59,932 nucleotides of DNA, from contig JAZNOI010000129.1 in assembly GCA_045580755.1 (NCBI GenBank), positions 1 to 59,932 on the forward strand, written 5' to 3'. The position numbers were made by a program, and so were the translations under genes. This stretch comes from Eubacteriales bacterium (GTDB taxonomy: Bacteria > Bacillota > Clostridia > Oscillospirales > CAG-272). The notes below the pieces were generated by a model that was not told the DNA's origin, did no database searches, and saw nothing but the letters and a program-made list of their open reading frames with translations. The first letter of the stretch is position 1. Each line of letters starts with the position of its first letter. Positions 8,874-18,534 of this stretch are shown here, one piece after another.

Positions 8874-10766
8874 ATGGTTTTTAGTTTTAAAGGAAACACA
8901 AAAGAACTTAACAACGGTATTTTTGAGCTTGCAAAACATCTCGGAGTCTCTCTTGACTGCAACAGTTACGTTTTCTCCGTTATTCAAAAAGACGGCGCTG
9001 ACCTGTCTGTCTCGTTTAACGGCACAAACGGGAAAATAGTATACGACAAAAAGCACCATTTTTTCAGAGCGTTCGGTCTTGCCGTTGAGCACATCCAAAA
9101 AGGCGAAAAAAGCTTCAATCTGACAGAAAAAACCTATTTTGACTCAAACGGTCCCATGTTCGACCTTTCTCAAGCAAGCGCTTCTTTTAATATAAAAGAA
9201 CTGAAAAACATAATCAGACAGCTCTCCCTTATGGGACTTAATACGCTTATGCTTTACACCGAGGACAACTACGAGGTGAAAGAGCAACCGTATTTCGGAT
9301 ATATGCGTCCTAAATACTCTCAAAAAGAATTAAAAGAGCTTGACGATTATGCCTATGATCTCGGAATCGAGATGATCCCCTGCATACAAACGCTTTCACA
9401 TCTGCAAGAAGCTTTAAAATGGAAGTGTTACAACAACATCAAAGACTATGATTCGACCCTCCTTGTAGGAGTTGACGAAACTTATAAATTTATAGAAGAT
9501 ATTATAGTTGCCGCATCGAGTCCGTTCCGCACAAAAAAGATACATATCGGCATGGACGAGGCATTTAATTTGGGAAAAGGAGCTTTTCTCGATAAATTCG
9601 GATACAAACCAACGGTTGAGGTAATGAAAATGCACCTTGACAGAGTGATCGGGATCGTTCGTAAGCACGGTCTTTCTCCCATCATGTGGGACGATATGTT
9701 CTTCGCATCGTTTGGAACTACAAAGCATTTTCAGCGCGGCGCGGTCATTCCCGAAACGGTGAAAAAAATCGTCCCCGAGGATATGACCATAGCATACTGG
9801 GATTACAGCCACATTTCCGAAGAGGATTATTCCGATTTTATCCGCCAGAGATTTGAGCTCTGCCCCAGAATCATCTTTGCAGGCGGCATCTGGTCTTGGC
9901 TCGGCTATTCACTCGCGTGGACACACACGAAAAACGCATCTATAAATGCACTTACGGCTTGCAAAAAAATGGGCGTAAAAGACGTATTTGTTACTACTTG
10001 GGCAGATCACGGTGCAGAATGTCTTATAAACACTACCCTTATCGGTTGTCAGCTTTATGCAGAAATGGGTTATGCCGAAGAGTTCGACTACGGCAAGTTC
10101 TGCGACAGATTTAAGTTTATAACCGGCGGAAACGTTGAAGATTTCGAAAACCTCGAATACTTCGACAAAACGCCGCAAACAGAAAACGTCTCCGACAGCC
10201 ACCGTTACAACAACTCAAAATACATTATGTGGCAGGATATCCTCACCGGACTTGTTGATCAAAACATAGAAGGATACGAGCTCAACAAGCATTACGCCGA
10301 CCTTGCAGACAAAATGCAGACTGCAATGACAAGAAACGGTCAGTTCAACTCTATGTTCAAAATGAGTTATCTCGCCGCAAAAGTCCTTGAAGTAAAGGCT
10401 GAAATGGGCATAAGACTTACAAAAGCATACAGAAGCGGCGACAAAGAGGCTCTGAAAAGCTTCGCAAGCACCGAGCTCCCCGACTTAAAAGAAAGGGTAA
10501 TTAATCTCAGAAAATCACATATGAAATGTTGGTTCGAGATCTATAAAAATCTCGGCTGGGATCTGTTCGACCTTCGTTACGGCGGTCTTATATACCGAAT
10601 AGAAAGTGCGATAGAAGAGATTACGGCTTATCTTGACGGAAAGCTCGAAAGTCTTGAAGAACTCGAACAAGTGAGACTTCCCTTCGACGGAATAGAAGGC
10701 CCAATTCGCTATATGAATTTATACGACAGGGTTGCTTCGCCTTCAAAAATTGTTGCAAAAATATAA
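8874..10766 (+). CDS. GH20-like beta-N-acetylhexosaminidase, no signal peptide (paralog 1)
   Basis: TIM-barrel pattern GPMFDLSQ..LSLMGLNTLMLYTEDNYEV..IPCIQTLSHL..KKIHIGMDEA (GH20 H-x-G-x-D-E-like). Start re-picked at MVFSFKG (AAAGGA RBS). This gives 630 aa, the same length as the downstream paralog. Confidence 0.6.
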   Translation: MVFSFKGNTKELNNGIFELAKHLGVSLDCNSYVFSVIQKDGADLSVSFNGTNGKIVYDKKHHFFRAFGLAVEHIQKGEKSFNLTEKTYFDSNGPMFDLSQASASFNIKELKNIIRQLSLMGLNTLMLYTEDNYEVKEQPYFGYMRPKYSQKELKELDDYAYDLGIEMIPCIQTLSHLQEALKWKCYNNIKDYDSTLLVGVDETYKFIEDIIVAASSPFRTKKIHIGMDEAFNLGKGAFLDKFGYKPTVEVMKMHLDRVIGIVRKHGLSPIMWDDMFFASFGTTKHFQRGAVIPETVKKIVPEDMTIAYWDYSHISEEDYSDFIRQRFELCPRIIFAGGIWSWLGYSLAWTHTKNASINALTACKKMGVKDVFVTTWADHGAECLINTTLIGCQLYAEMGYAEEFDYGKFCDRFKFITGGNVEDFENLEYFDKTPQTENVSDSHRYNNSKYIMWQDILTGLVDQNIEGYELNKHYADLADKMQTAMTRNGQFNSMFKMSYLAAKVLEVKAEMGIRLTKAYRSGDKEALKSFASTELPDLKERVINLRKSHMKCWFEIYKNLGWDLFDLRYGGLIYRIESAIEEITAYLDGKLESLEELEQVRLPFDGIEGPIRYMNLYDRVASPSKIVAKI

Positions 10767-10796
10767 TTTAGTCATAAATATATAAGGAGATCTATT

Positions 10797-12689
10797 ATGA
10801 ATTTCAAGTTTATCGGTCTTGACGAAACGTTGAAAAAGGGACTTGGCGAGCTTGCCGACTACCTTGGCGTCACGTTGGGAGAGGGCGGTTATGAATTTAC
10901 CGTTACTCAAAAAGCAGGCTGCAACATCGTAGTCACTTTGGAAAACAAAAAAGGAACTATCGTTTACTCCGAAAAATGCCACTTTTTCAGAGCATTCGGC
11001 CTTGCCGTTGAGCACGTTACAGACGGAGAAGAATCATTCAAAATCGAAGAGGTTCCCCAGTTCGAAATGAACGGACCTATGTTTGACGTTGCACAGGGCA
11101 ACTCGGCTTTCAATATAAAAACCCTTAAACAGGTTATTAAACAGCTTTCTCTTATGGGTCTCAACACCCTTATGCTTTACGCCGAAGATACTTTCGAAGT
11201 TAAAGAACAGCCCTATTTCGGTTATATGAGAGCCAGATACACCGAAGCAGAAATGAGAGAGCTCGACGACTACGCGTATGATCTCGGCATCGAAATGATC
11301 CCCTGTATTCAGACGCTCGCGCACATGCCCGACACGCTTCGTTGGAAGTGTATGTATTATATCAGAGACTATGAGGAATGTTTGCTCGTCGGAAAACCCG
11401 AAACTTATAAGTTTTTGAGAGACATTATCTCAGCCGCTTCCCGCCCATTCAGAACAAAAAAGATACATATCGGTATGGACGAGGCTTGGAAACTCGGCAG
11501 AGGAAAGTATATCGACAACTTCGGATATAAACCCGCAAATCTCATTATGCAGGAACACCTTGCAAAAGTTATGGAGATCGTTGACGATTTGGGACTTGAA
11601 CCTATGATGTGGGACGATATGTTCTTCCGTACGGTCGGAAACAAAAAGTATTATCAGCCCGACGTTATATTCCCACAGTCCACACTCGATATGGTTCCCA
11701 AGAATATGAGCTGTATCTATTGGGACTACTACAAAATAACACAGGAAGAATACGAAAATGCCATCCCCACTCACCTTCAGCTTACCGAAAAGGTCATTTT
11801 CGCGGGCGGTATTTGGACGTGGATCGGTTACAGCTTGGCTTGGAACAAAACAAAAGTATCCACCGAATGTGCTCTTAATGCTTGCAAGAAAAAAGGCATC
11901 AAGAAAGTATTTATGACTACGTGGGGAGACAACGGTACCGAGTGCCTGCTTACAACCACGCTTATCGGTTGTCAGCTCTATGCCGAACACGGATATTCCG
12001 AAACGATCGACTACGAAAAATTCGCAAAGAGATTCAAATTTATCTGCGGAGCAAACGTCGACGACTTCGCTCTCCTCGAAAAACTCGACAGAACGCCCGA
12101 TATGGAACACATGGTCGATTCCTCAAGATATAATCCCTCGAAATTCCTTATGTGGCAGGACATTCTGACCGGTCTTGCTGACTACAACATCAGAGGCGTT
12201 GAGCTTGACGCTCACTATGAAAAGCTAGCAAAAGATCTTAAAGAAGCAATCGGCAGAAACGGTCAGTATGACGATATTTTCGAATTCAGCTATCACGCGG
12301 CAAACGTCCTTTCCAAGAAGTCACAAATGGGTCTCCGCGTTACAGATGCATACAAAGGAGGAGATAAAGCTGCTCTCCGTAACTTTGCAGAAGTTGAACT
12401 TCCCGATCTCATAAACAGAGTAAACGATCTCTGGGAATGCCACAGAAAGAATTGGTTCAAGATCTACAAGGCGTTCGGATGGGATATAATGGATATGCGT
12501 TACGCATCGCTCGTCGGCAGAATCAGAAGTGCAATTATAGAGATCAAGCAATACCTTGACGGCGAAATGGAAATAATCGAAGAACTCGAAGAAACGAGAC
12601 TTCCCTTGCACGGTCAGGAAGGTCCTATCCAGTATATGAACTTCTACGGCAAGATCGTTTCTCCCTCGAGAATCGCTCCCGAAGCATAA
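10797..12689 (+). CDS. GH20-like beta-N-acetylhexosaminidase, no signal peptide (paralog 2)
   Basis: Colinear with 8874-10766 over its full length (for example GPMFDVAQ..LSLMGLNTLMLYAEDTFEV..KKIHIGMDEA). AGGAGA RBS. Confidence 0.6.
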   Translation: MNFKFIGLDETLKKGLGELADYLGVTLGEGGYEFTVTQKAGCNIVVTLENKKGTIVYSEKCHFFRAFGLAVEHVTDGEESFKIEEVPQFEMNGPMFDVAQGNSAFNIKTLKQVIKQLSLMGLNTLMLYAEDTFEVKEQPYFGYMRARYTEAEMRELDDYAYDLGIEMIPCIQTLAHMPDTLRWKCMYYIRDYEECLLVGKPETYKFLRDIISAASRPFRTKKIHIGMDEAWKLGRGKYIDNFGYKPANLIMQEHLAKVMEIVDDLGLEPMMWDDMFFRTVGNKKYYQPDVIFPQSTLDMVPKNMSCIYWDYYKITQEEYENAIPTHLQLTEKVIFAGGIWTWIGYSLAWNKTKVSTECALNACKKKGIKKVFMTTWGDNGTECLLTTTLIGCQLYAEHGYSETIDYEKFAKRFKFICGANVDDFALLEKLDRTPDMEHMVDSSRYNPSKFLMWQDILTGLADYNIRGVELDAHYEKLAKDLKEAIGRNGQYDDIFEFSYHAANVLSKKSQMGLRVTDAYKGGDKAALRNFAEVELPDLINRVNDLWECHRKNWFKIYKAFGWDIMDMRYASLVGRIRSAIIEIKQYLDGEMEIIEELEETRLPLHGQEGPIQYMNFYGKIVSPSRIAPEA

Positions 12690-12700
12690 AAATTTTTTAA

Positions 12701-12731
12701 GGCGGTATGTGATCACATACCGCCTTTTTTA
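12701..12731 (+). terminator. Intrinsic terminator after the GH20 pair
   Basis: GGCGGTATGTGATCACATACCGCC followed by TTTTTT. Confidence 0.8.
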
Positions 12732-12781
12732 TACAAAAAAACGCACACGGACTATCGCGACGGGTGCTAAAGGACAGTAAA

Positions 12782-12820
12782 AGAGCCGATATGGATTTGA
12801 TTCCCTATCGGCTCTTTTGT
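12782..12820 (+). terminator. Second hairpin plus T-tract, about 80 nt after the first terminator
   Basis: AGAGCCGATATGG..CCCTATCGGCTCT followed by TTTGT. Confidence 0.45.
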
Positions 12821-12834
12821 ATAGCACTAGCACT

Positions 12835-13078
12835 TTCGGTGGTGAGTAAGTGCGCTCTTCCTGATAGTTTTTAGTGATATGCTGCCGCTTTGCAACAGCG
12901 TGATATTTTTGCTTCGCAAAAGTGATATTGCTCTGTAAACAGAGCAGTTATATTCCATTCGCCTCCAAAACTCGCGTAGCGAATACCACTCGGCATAAGC
13001 CGAATACCACTGCGAAGCAATAGAACTCGCCGCAGGCGAATAGAGTTGGCGTTGTGTCCTTAGGAACACAACGCCATC
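12835..13078. repeat. Intergenic array of short GC-cored hairpins separated by A/T-rich spacers
   Basis: Successive mini-palindromes: GCACTT..AAGTGC, TTTTGCTTCGCAAAA, TGCTCTGTAAACAGAGCA, TCGCGTAGCGA, CGGCATAAGCCG, CGCCGCAGGCG, GGCGTTGTGTCCTTAGGAACACAACGCC. Spacers recur as GTGATAT, GTGATAT, GTTATAT, AATACCACT, AATACCACT, AATAGAACT, AATAGAGT. Confidence 0.5.
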
Positions 13079-13105
13079 CGCATGCGTTTTTTCTTATTCG
13101 GTTAT

Positions 13106-14101
13106 TTATCTTTCTTCTCGATAATAGTTTGTACCGCAGCAGGCAGGTTGATCACCCTTGCCTTTATCTCTAATGGAAGAGATAATAAGAACTATAAACG
13201 TGATAAGGAACGGAAGCATATCGTAGAAGTCGCCGGGGACGCTCTTAAGCCATCCAAACACGTTCGGGAAGGCGTCGCTGAGGTTTGAACCTCTTGCTTT
13301 TAATGCCAACAAAATACCGAACAGGAATGAACCGAACAGCGCTTTTGCTGTACTCCATTTTGCAAAAATAACGAGTGCAACGGCAATCCATCCCATACCG
13401 TTTATCCAGTTTTCGTTCCATTCGCCGCCATTCATAAACACAGCAATGTAAAGTCCGCCGATACCGGTAATGCCCGCACCCATAATTATGTGCAGATATC
13501 TGTACAGCGTAACGTTTACACCGCAGGCATCAGCCGCACCGTAGTTTTCACCCATAGCGCGAAGCTTCAATCCGTTTCTCGTCTTTGACATATATACCCA
13601 AAGAAGTATAGCCAATGCTATTGAGAAATACACCAAAATATTGTATGAGAAAAGCAGTTTTCCAACGTAAGGAATATCGCGAAGGAAAGGGATCCCCTCC
13701 TCTGCCATCAGATGCTTCATGCTGTCAAAATCAGTTGATTCTTTAATCTTCGGAAATGCGTTCGCATTACGAAGAGATGTTCCGATGAAACGGTATACAC
13801 CGACACCGAATATTGTGAGAGTTAATCCCGTAACGTTCTGGTTAGCCTGGAACGTTACTGTCAGAAATGCGTAGATCAATCCGCCCAATGCAGCAGTTAG
13901 AAATGCTGTCAAAATACCGATCAACATACTGTCGGTCACACAACCGAAGTAAAAACCGCCGATAGCACCCATCGCCATCAAGCCTTCGACACCGAGATTA
14001 AGGCTTCCCGCTTTTTCTGTTACGATCTCGCCTGAAGTACCAAACAGAAGTGCAGTACCCAGCTTTACGGAGTAAAAAAGGAAATCAATTATTGCGCTCA
14101 T
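13106..14101 (-). CDS. ABC transporter permease, BMP/CUT2 nucleoside-type (second permease)
   Basis: Polytopic membrane protein. It overlaps the upstream fused ATPase-permease gene by 4 nt and belongs to the operon with the BMP lipoprotein. Confidence 0.75.
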   Translation of the reverse strand: MSAIIDFLFYSVKLGTALLFGTSGEIVTEKAGSLNLGVEGLMAMGAIGGFYFGCVTDSMLIGILTAFLTAALGGLIYAFLTVTFQANQNVTGLTLTIFGVGVYRFIGTSLRNANAFPKIKESTDFDSMKHLMAEEGIPFLRDIPYVGKLLFSYNILVYFSIALAILLWVYMSKTRNGLKLRAMGENYGAADACGVNVTLYRYLHIIMGAGITGIGGLYIAVFMNGGEWNENWINGMGWIAVALVIFAKWSTAKALFGSFLFGILLALKARGSNLSDAFPNVFGWLKSVPGDFYDMLPFLITFIVLIISSIRDKGKGDQPACCGTNYYREER

Positions 14102-16839
14102 TTTTTACCTCCCTGCGATTTTATGTTAAGTACGATCTTATAGTTTGTGAAGAAGTCTGCCGCAAGAACCGTAAACAGAATTATGCCCTGCAATATCGAT
14201 GAAACGGCAGGTGAAATACGGAAAGCTGTTTCCGCAAAACCGGACCCCTTTGTAAGTATACACATCAACACTGTCGTTATCAAAATTCCGATGGGATTCA
14301 GTTTCGAAAGCCATGCAACAGTAACACCCGTCCATCCAACGTCGCTCGTAAAGCTGTCTGCAAGGCGGTAGTTTGCCGCTTTGCCCGACACCTGAAGCAT
14401 ACCTGCAACACCTATCATGGCAGCACTTATGAACATGGTTCTGATTATAATCTTCGGAACGTTCATTCCTGCATATTTTGCGGTATTAACACTGTCGCCG
14501 ACAATAGATATCTCGTATCCCTGTTTCGTCTTTTTAAAGTAAATAAAGCACAAAACGACCAGAACAAGAGCTATTATAAGCGATACGTCAAATATTACGG
14601 TACCGATCGCCTTCTGCGGCATACGCGCATTCATCGGCAGATTCGCAAAGTCTCTGTTGTTTGGTTCTCCGCTTGGTCCAAGCTCTCCAAAGAATGCATT
14701 ATACTTCAAGAATTTAAGCAAACAAAGAACTATGTAGTTCATCATGAGAGTCAAAAGGGTTTCGTTCGTTCCCCACTTAACCTTGAACAGCGCGGGGATC
14801 AATCCAACTATACCGCCGCCGATAGCTCCCGCAAAAAACATACAAAGCAACACAACTATGTTCGGGGCATCGATACCTCTGAAAAGGTTTGCCACAATCG
14901 TTGCAGCGATTGCACCTGCGATGAACTGACCTTCGCCGCCTACGTTCCAGAACTTCATTTTAAATGCAAATGAAATACCGAGCGAAGTTACCAAAAGCGG
15001 TGTGATCAATGACAAAAGACCGCTTATGTTGTTAATATTTCTTGTTATTTTAAAGCAACCCGTGATTATACTCAGGTAGTAGCTGAAAGGATTTGCACCG
15101 TTAAGCGCCACAAGAACTCCGCCGAGGCAAAGAGAGAGCATTATTGCCATAAAGTATACCGCTGCTTTTTTATACCAAGGCATCGTATCACGTTTCATCA
15201 AGTGAACGATCGGTTCAGCGTGTTTCTTTACCTTTTTGCTTGTAGATGTTGAATCAAACTCGTACTGAATTTCCTCTTCATCTTTTTGTACGGTTTCTTC
15301 AGATGATTTTTCAGCGGCACCCGCATTTGTCATAAGCAATCCGAGCTGCTCTTTCGTTGCAGTCTCAGCATCGACGATGCCCGTAACTTTTCCGTGGCAA
15401 AGCACCATTATTCTGTCGCAAAGTTCGAGCATTACGTCGAGGTCTTCGCCGACAAAGAGGATACCTGCTCCCTTTTTCTTTTGTTCATTCAGAATATCGT
15501 ATATAATATACGAAGAGTTTATATCAAGTCCCCTGACCGGATATGCCGTAACGATAACCGACGGAGAGGATTCGATCTCTCTGCCGACGAGGACCTTCTG
15601 AACGTTACCGCCTGAAAGCTTTCTGACGGCAGTCTCTGTTCCGGGAGTGTTTATTTCAAGATCTTTTATAACCTTTTTTGCGGTCTCTCTCGCTTTTTTC
15701 GTATCAACAAACGGACTCAATCCTCTGCTGTACGTCTTCAGCATCATATTATCTGTTATACCAAGCGAAGGAGCAAGACCCATTCCGAGTCTGTCTTCGG
15801 GAACAAAACTCATGCTGATTCCGAGGTTTATGATCTCTCTGGGGGTCTTTCCTATTATATTCTTTCCCTTATAGTAAATACTGCCGCCGCTGTGTTTCTG
15901 GAGACCGGCGATAACCTCGCAAAGCTCCTTCTGTCCGCAGCCCGAAACGCCGGCAACACCCAATATCTCGCCGCTGTGAAGTTCAAAAGACACGTCTTCA
16001 ATAGCATTGACGCCTTCCGACGGTACGGTTACATTCTCCATCTTTAAAAGAACTTCATCGCCCATGCAACGGGGTCTGTCAATAGCTAACTCTACTGCCT
16101 TTCCGACCATCATATCGGTAAGTTCTTTTGCCGTAGTGGCAGCAGTCTCAACAGTTCCGATACTTTCACCCTTGCGCAAGATCGTGACTCGGTCGCTTAT
16201 TTCAAGCACTTCATTAAGCTTATGGGTAATTATAATAATTGCACAGCCGCTCTTTTTCATTTTTCTCAATATGGAGAAAAGCTTGTCCTTTTCCTGAAGC
16301 GTAAGCACCGCCGTTGGCTCGTCAAGAATAAGAATGTTTGCACCGTAATACAAAACCTTCAAAATTTCGACGGTCTGCTTCTCGCTGACTCCCATATCGT
16401 ATACGCGTTTTTCGGGATCGATCTCAAACCCGAACTTGCGGCTCATTTCTTTGATCTTTTTAAATCTCTTCTTCGTCAAAAAATACTTATCGGTTCCCTC
16501 TTCTTTGTCCGAACCGATGAGAATATTGTCGGCTGCCGAGAATTTTTCTACCAGCTTATAATGCTGGTGTACCATACCGATTCCAAGTCTTTTGGAGTCC
16601 TCGGGGGACTGAATAACGACCTTTTCCCCGTTTATGAATATCTCGCCTTCATCGGGAATGTATATACCCGAAAGCATATTCATAAGCGTGGTCTTTCCGG
16701 AACCGTTTTCACCCAAAAGTGCCAAAATCTCGCCCTTGTTTACCGACAGATTTACCCCTTTATTTGCATGAACCGAACCGAACGTCTTACTGATGTTTTT
16801 TAGCTCAATGGCTAATTTTCCGCCAGATACCTTTGCCAT
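14098..16839 (-). CDS. Fused ABC transporter: tandem ATP-binding domains plus a permease domain (913 aa)
   Basis: N-terminal half has GENGSGKTT (Walker A), ILILDEPT, a second cassette with LSGGNVQKV and LFVGEDLD. An acidic linker follows (EEIQYEFDSTSTSKK). The C-terminal region of about 360 aa is polytopic. Confidence 0.8.
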   Translation of the reverse strand: MAKVSGGKLAIELKNISKTFGSVHANKGVNLSVNKGEILALLGENGSGKTTLMNMLSGIYIPDEGEIFINGEKVVIQSPEDSKRLGIGMVHQHYKLVEKFSAADNILIGSDKEEGTDKYFLTKKRFKKIKEMSRKFGFEIDPEKRVYDMGVSEKQTVEILKVLYYGANILILDEPTAVLTLQEKDKLFSILRKMKKSGCAIIIITHKLNEVLEISDRVTILRKGESIGTVETAATTAKELTDMMVGKAVELAIDRPRCMGDEVLLKMENVTVPSEGVNAIEDVSFELHSGEILGVAGVSGCGQKELCEVIAGLQKHSGGSIYYKGKNIIGKTPREIINLGISMSFVPEDRLGMGLAPSLGITDNMMLKTYSRGLSPFVDTKKARETAKKVIKDLEINTPGTETAVRKLSGGNVQKVLVGREIESSPSVIVTAYPVRGLDINSSYIIYDILNEQKKKGAGILFVGEDLDVMLELCDRIMVLCHGKVTGIVDAETATKEQLGLLMTNAGAAEKSSEETVQKDEEEIQYEFDSTSTSKKVKKHAEPIVHLMKRDTMPWYKKAAVYFMAIMLSLCLGGVLVALNGANPFSYYLSIITGCFKITRNINNISGLLSLITPLLVTSLGISFAFKMKFWNVGGEGQFIAGAIAATIVANLFRGIDAPNIVVLLCMFFAGAIGGGIVGLIPALFKVKWGTNETLLTLMMNYIVLCLLKFLKYNAFFGELGPSGEPNNRDFANLPMNARMPQKAIGTVIFDVSLIIALVLVVLCFIYFKKTKQGYEISIVGDSVNTAKYAGMNVPKIIIRTMFISAAMIGVAGMLQVSGKAANYRLADSFTSDVGWTGVTVAWLSKLNPIGILITTVLMCILTKGSGFAETAFRISPAVSSILQGIILFTVLAADFFTNYKIVLNIKSQGGKK

Positions 16840-16868
16840 AACGTCTCCTGATCATTTTTTATATTATA

Positions 16869-16903
16869 AATATGCTTCTCCCCGAAATCGGAGAGAAGCA
16901 TAT
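16869..16903 (-). promoter_or_regulatory. Intercistronic stem-loop between the binding-protein gene and the ATPase-permease gene
   Basis: ATATGCTTCTCCCCGAAATCGGAGAGAAGCATAT, roughly a 13-bp stem, in the 85-nt gap. Confidence 0.45.
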
Positions 16904-16924
16904 TATAACGTTTTGTTTAAATAA

Positions 16925-18115
16925 TTACTTGAGAACTACGCCTTCTACGAAATAGTTCATTGTACCTGTGATAACGCTGTCTTCAACAGATGCACCGCCT
17001 GCAGCTACAATTACTTTACCTGTGTTGTCTTTAAGATCTGCGTTTGTCTTAACGATCTTACCGTCAGCAAAGCTGAGTTTTACACCGGAGAATACGTCCC
17101 AACCGCCTTCTTTGAAGAGGTCTTTAACGAGGTTAATGTATTCTTCTGTGTTTTCTGCACAGTTCTTGGATACGGGAGATACGTCCACAAGTCCGTCAGC
17201 CAAGCTGCCGTAGTAGTTGCCGAACTCTGCCCATTTACCGTCCATAGCCGCCTTAGCTGCTGCTGTGTAGTAAACGCCCCAGTTCCAAATGGGAGCTGTG
17301 AGGTGAGCGTTGGGAGCTTCCTTTGTCATATCGGAGTTGTATCCACAACCGAATACGCCCTTTGTCTGAGCAGCGATCTGGGGGTTAGCCGTGTCGCAGT
17401 GCTGAGCAATAACGTCACAACCGAGGTCGATCAAAGCTTCTGCATAAGCAGTTTCGTTTGCGGGATCGAACCAGCTGTTGAGTGTCTTTACGTATACTTC
17501 AGCTTCAGGGTTTACAGTCTGAACGCCGAGAGCGAATGCGTTGATACCGCTGCAGGTCTCTGCAAGTTCCGTACCAAATGCTGCAACATAACCGATCTTG
17601 TTAGACTTTGTCTTAAGACCTGCTGCAATACCGGAAAGGTAACGAGCCTGGTAAATTCTACCAAAGTAGTTATTGAAGTTGGTACCGTTGCTCTTGTAAC
17701 CTGTGCCGTGAGAGAAAATAACGTTGGGGTATTCAGCTGCCATAGCTTCGCATGTACCCATATAGCCGTAGCTTGTAGCAAAAATCAAGCTGCAGTCTTC
17801 AGAAATACAAGCTTCGATAGCCTGTCTGATTGCCGCGTCATCCGTATCGGCAACGTTGAGCTTACGAACGATCTGATCGTCGGTCAAACCGAGATTCTTC
17901 TGCATTTCAACGATACCGAGGTCATGTGTATAAGAATAACCGGAACCGTCTGCGGGATCTCCAATGTGGATAACACCAACTTTGAAGTCCTTCTTTTCAA
18001 TGGGTGCAGGAGCTTCTCCGCCGTTGTTTTCTGCAGGAACGTCACAAGATGCAAAGCATACGAGTGCTGTTACTACCAACAACGCTGCCAAAAGAACTGA
18101 GAGTAACTTTTTCAT
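16925..18115 (-). CDS. BMP-family (PnrA/Med-like) ABC substrate-binding lipoprotein
   Basis: Start at MKKLLSVLLAALLVVTALVCFASC (lipobox FASC) with AAGGAGA RBS. The mature part, FKVGVIHIGDPADGSGYSYTHD..GYVAAFG, is typical of basic-membrane-protein nucleoside binders. Confidence 0.75.
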   Translation of the reverse strand: MKKLLSVLLAALLVVTALVCFASCDVPAENNGGEAPAPIEKKDFKVGVIHIGDPADGSGYSYTHDLGIVEMQKNLGLTDDQIVRKLNVADTDDAAIRQAIEACISEDCSLIFATSYGYMGTCEAMAAEYPNVIFSHGTGYKSNGTNFNNYFGRIYQARYLSGIAAGLKTKSNKIGYVAAFGTELAETCSGINAFALGVQTVNPEAEVYVKTLNSWFDPANETAYAEALIDLGCDVIAQHCDTANPQIAAQTKGVFGCGYNSDMTKEAPNAHLTAPIWNWGVYYTAAAKAAMDGKWAEFGNYYGSLADGLVDVSPVSKNCAENTEEYINLVKDLFKEGGWDVFSGVKLSFADGKIVKTNADLKDNTGKVIVAAGGASVEDSVITGTMNYFVEGVVLK

Positions 18116-18454
18116 TTTGTTTTCTCCTTTTGAATAAATAAAATTGTGATTATAATCAAGTGCATCTGTATACACTAATGATTCAGAAACAGAGTTTAAA
18201 CCTTCTTATTTTATTAAAAAAAGAACACCGATACACGATAATTGTACACTATTCGACACGGTTTTGCAATAGTTTTTTCAAATATTAACAACATTTTCAC
18301 TACGCGACATAATTGTTAACCATTTCTGTCTCATTCTTAATTTTATTAAGTTATTTATTTATTTTTTTAACTTTGTTAATTATTGTTGGTTATTTTTTAT
18401 ATTATTTTCACAAAAGCGCTGCCGGATCGCTAATATTTTCGTGAATTCTTTACA

Positions 18455-18484
18455 TTGACACATTTGTTTTACGGACAGTATAAT
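18455..18484 (+). promoter_or_regulatory. Sigma-A type promoter TTGACA-18-TATAAT upstream of gdhA
   Basis: Read directly, about 50 nt upstream of the GTG start. Confidence 0.45.
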
Positions 18485-18534
18485 ATTATCAAGATAAAAA
18501 GAAATACGAGCTCAAAAAGCAGGAGGTAATTAAC

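Noticed and set aside
12827-13069. 80-aa minus-strand ORF in the GH20/ABC intergenic region
   Set aside because: It coincides exactly with the hairpin array. It has no RBS, and its repetitive translation (YSAYAEWYSLREFW..) mirrors the DNA repeats. It is treated as non-coding.
17303-18100. 265-aa plus-strand ORF
   Set aside because: It is antisense to the BMP lipoprotein gene. Its translation is Cys/Val-rich nonsense and it has no RBS.
18176-18454. Possible riboswitch or attenuator in the long AT-rich leader upstream of the BMP ABC operon, including a T-run near 18215-18225
   Set aside because: I could not find a convincing stem preceding the T-run, nor any purine, preQ1 or T-box-like conserved core by eye. 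It is left unannotated.
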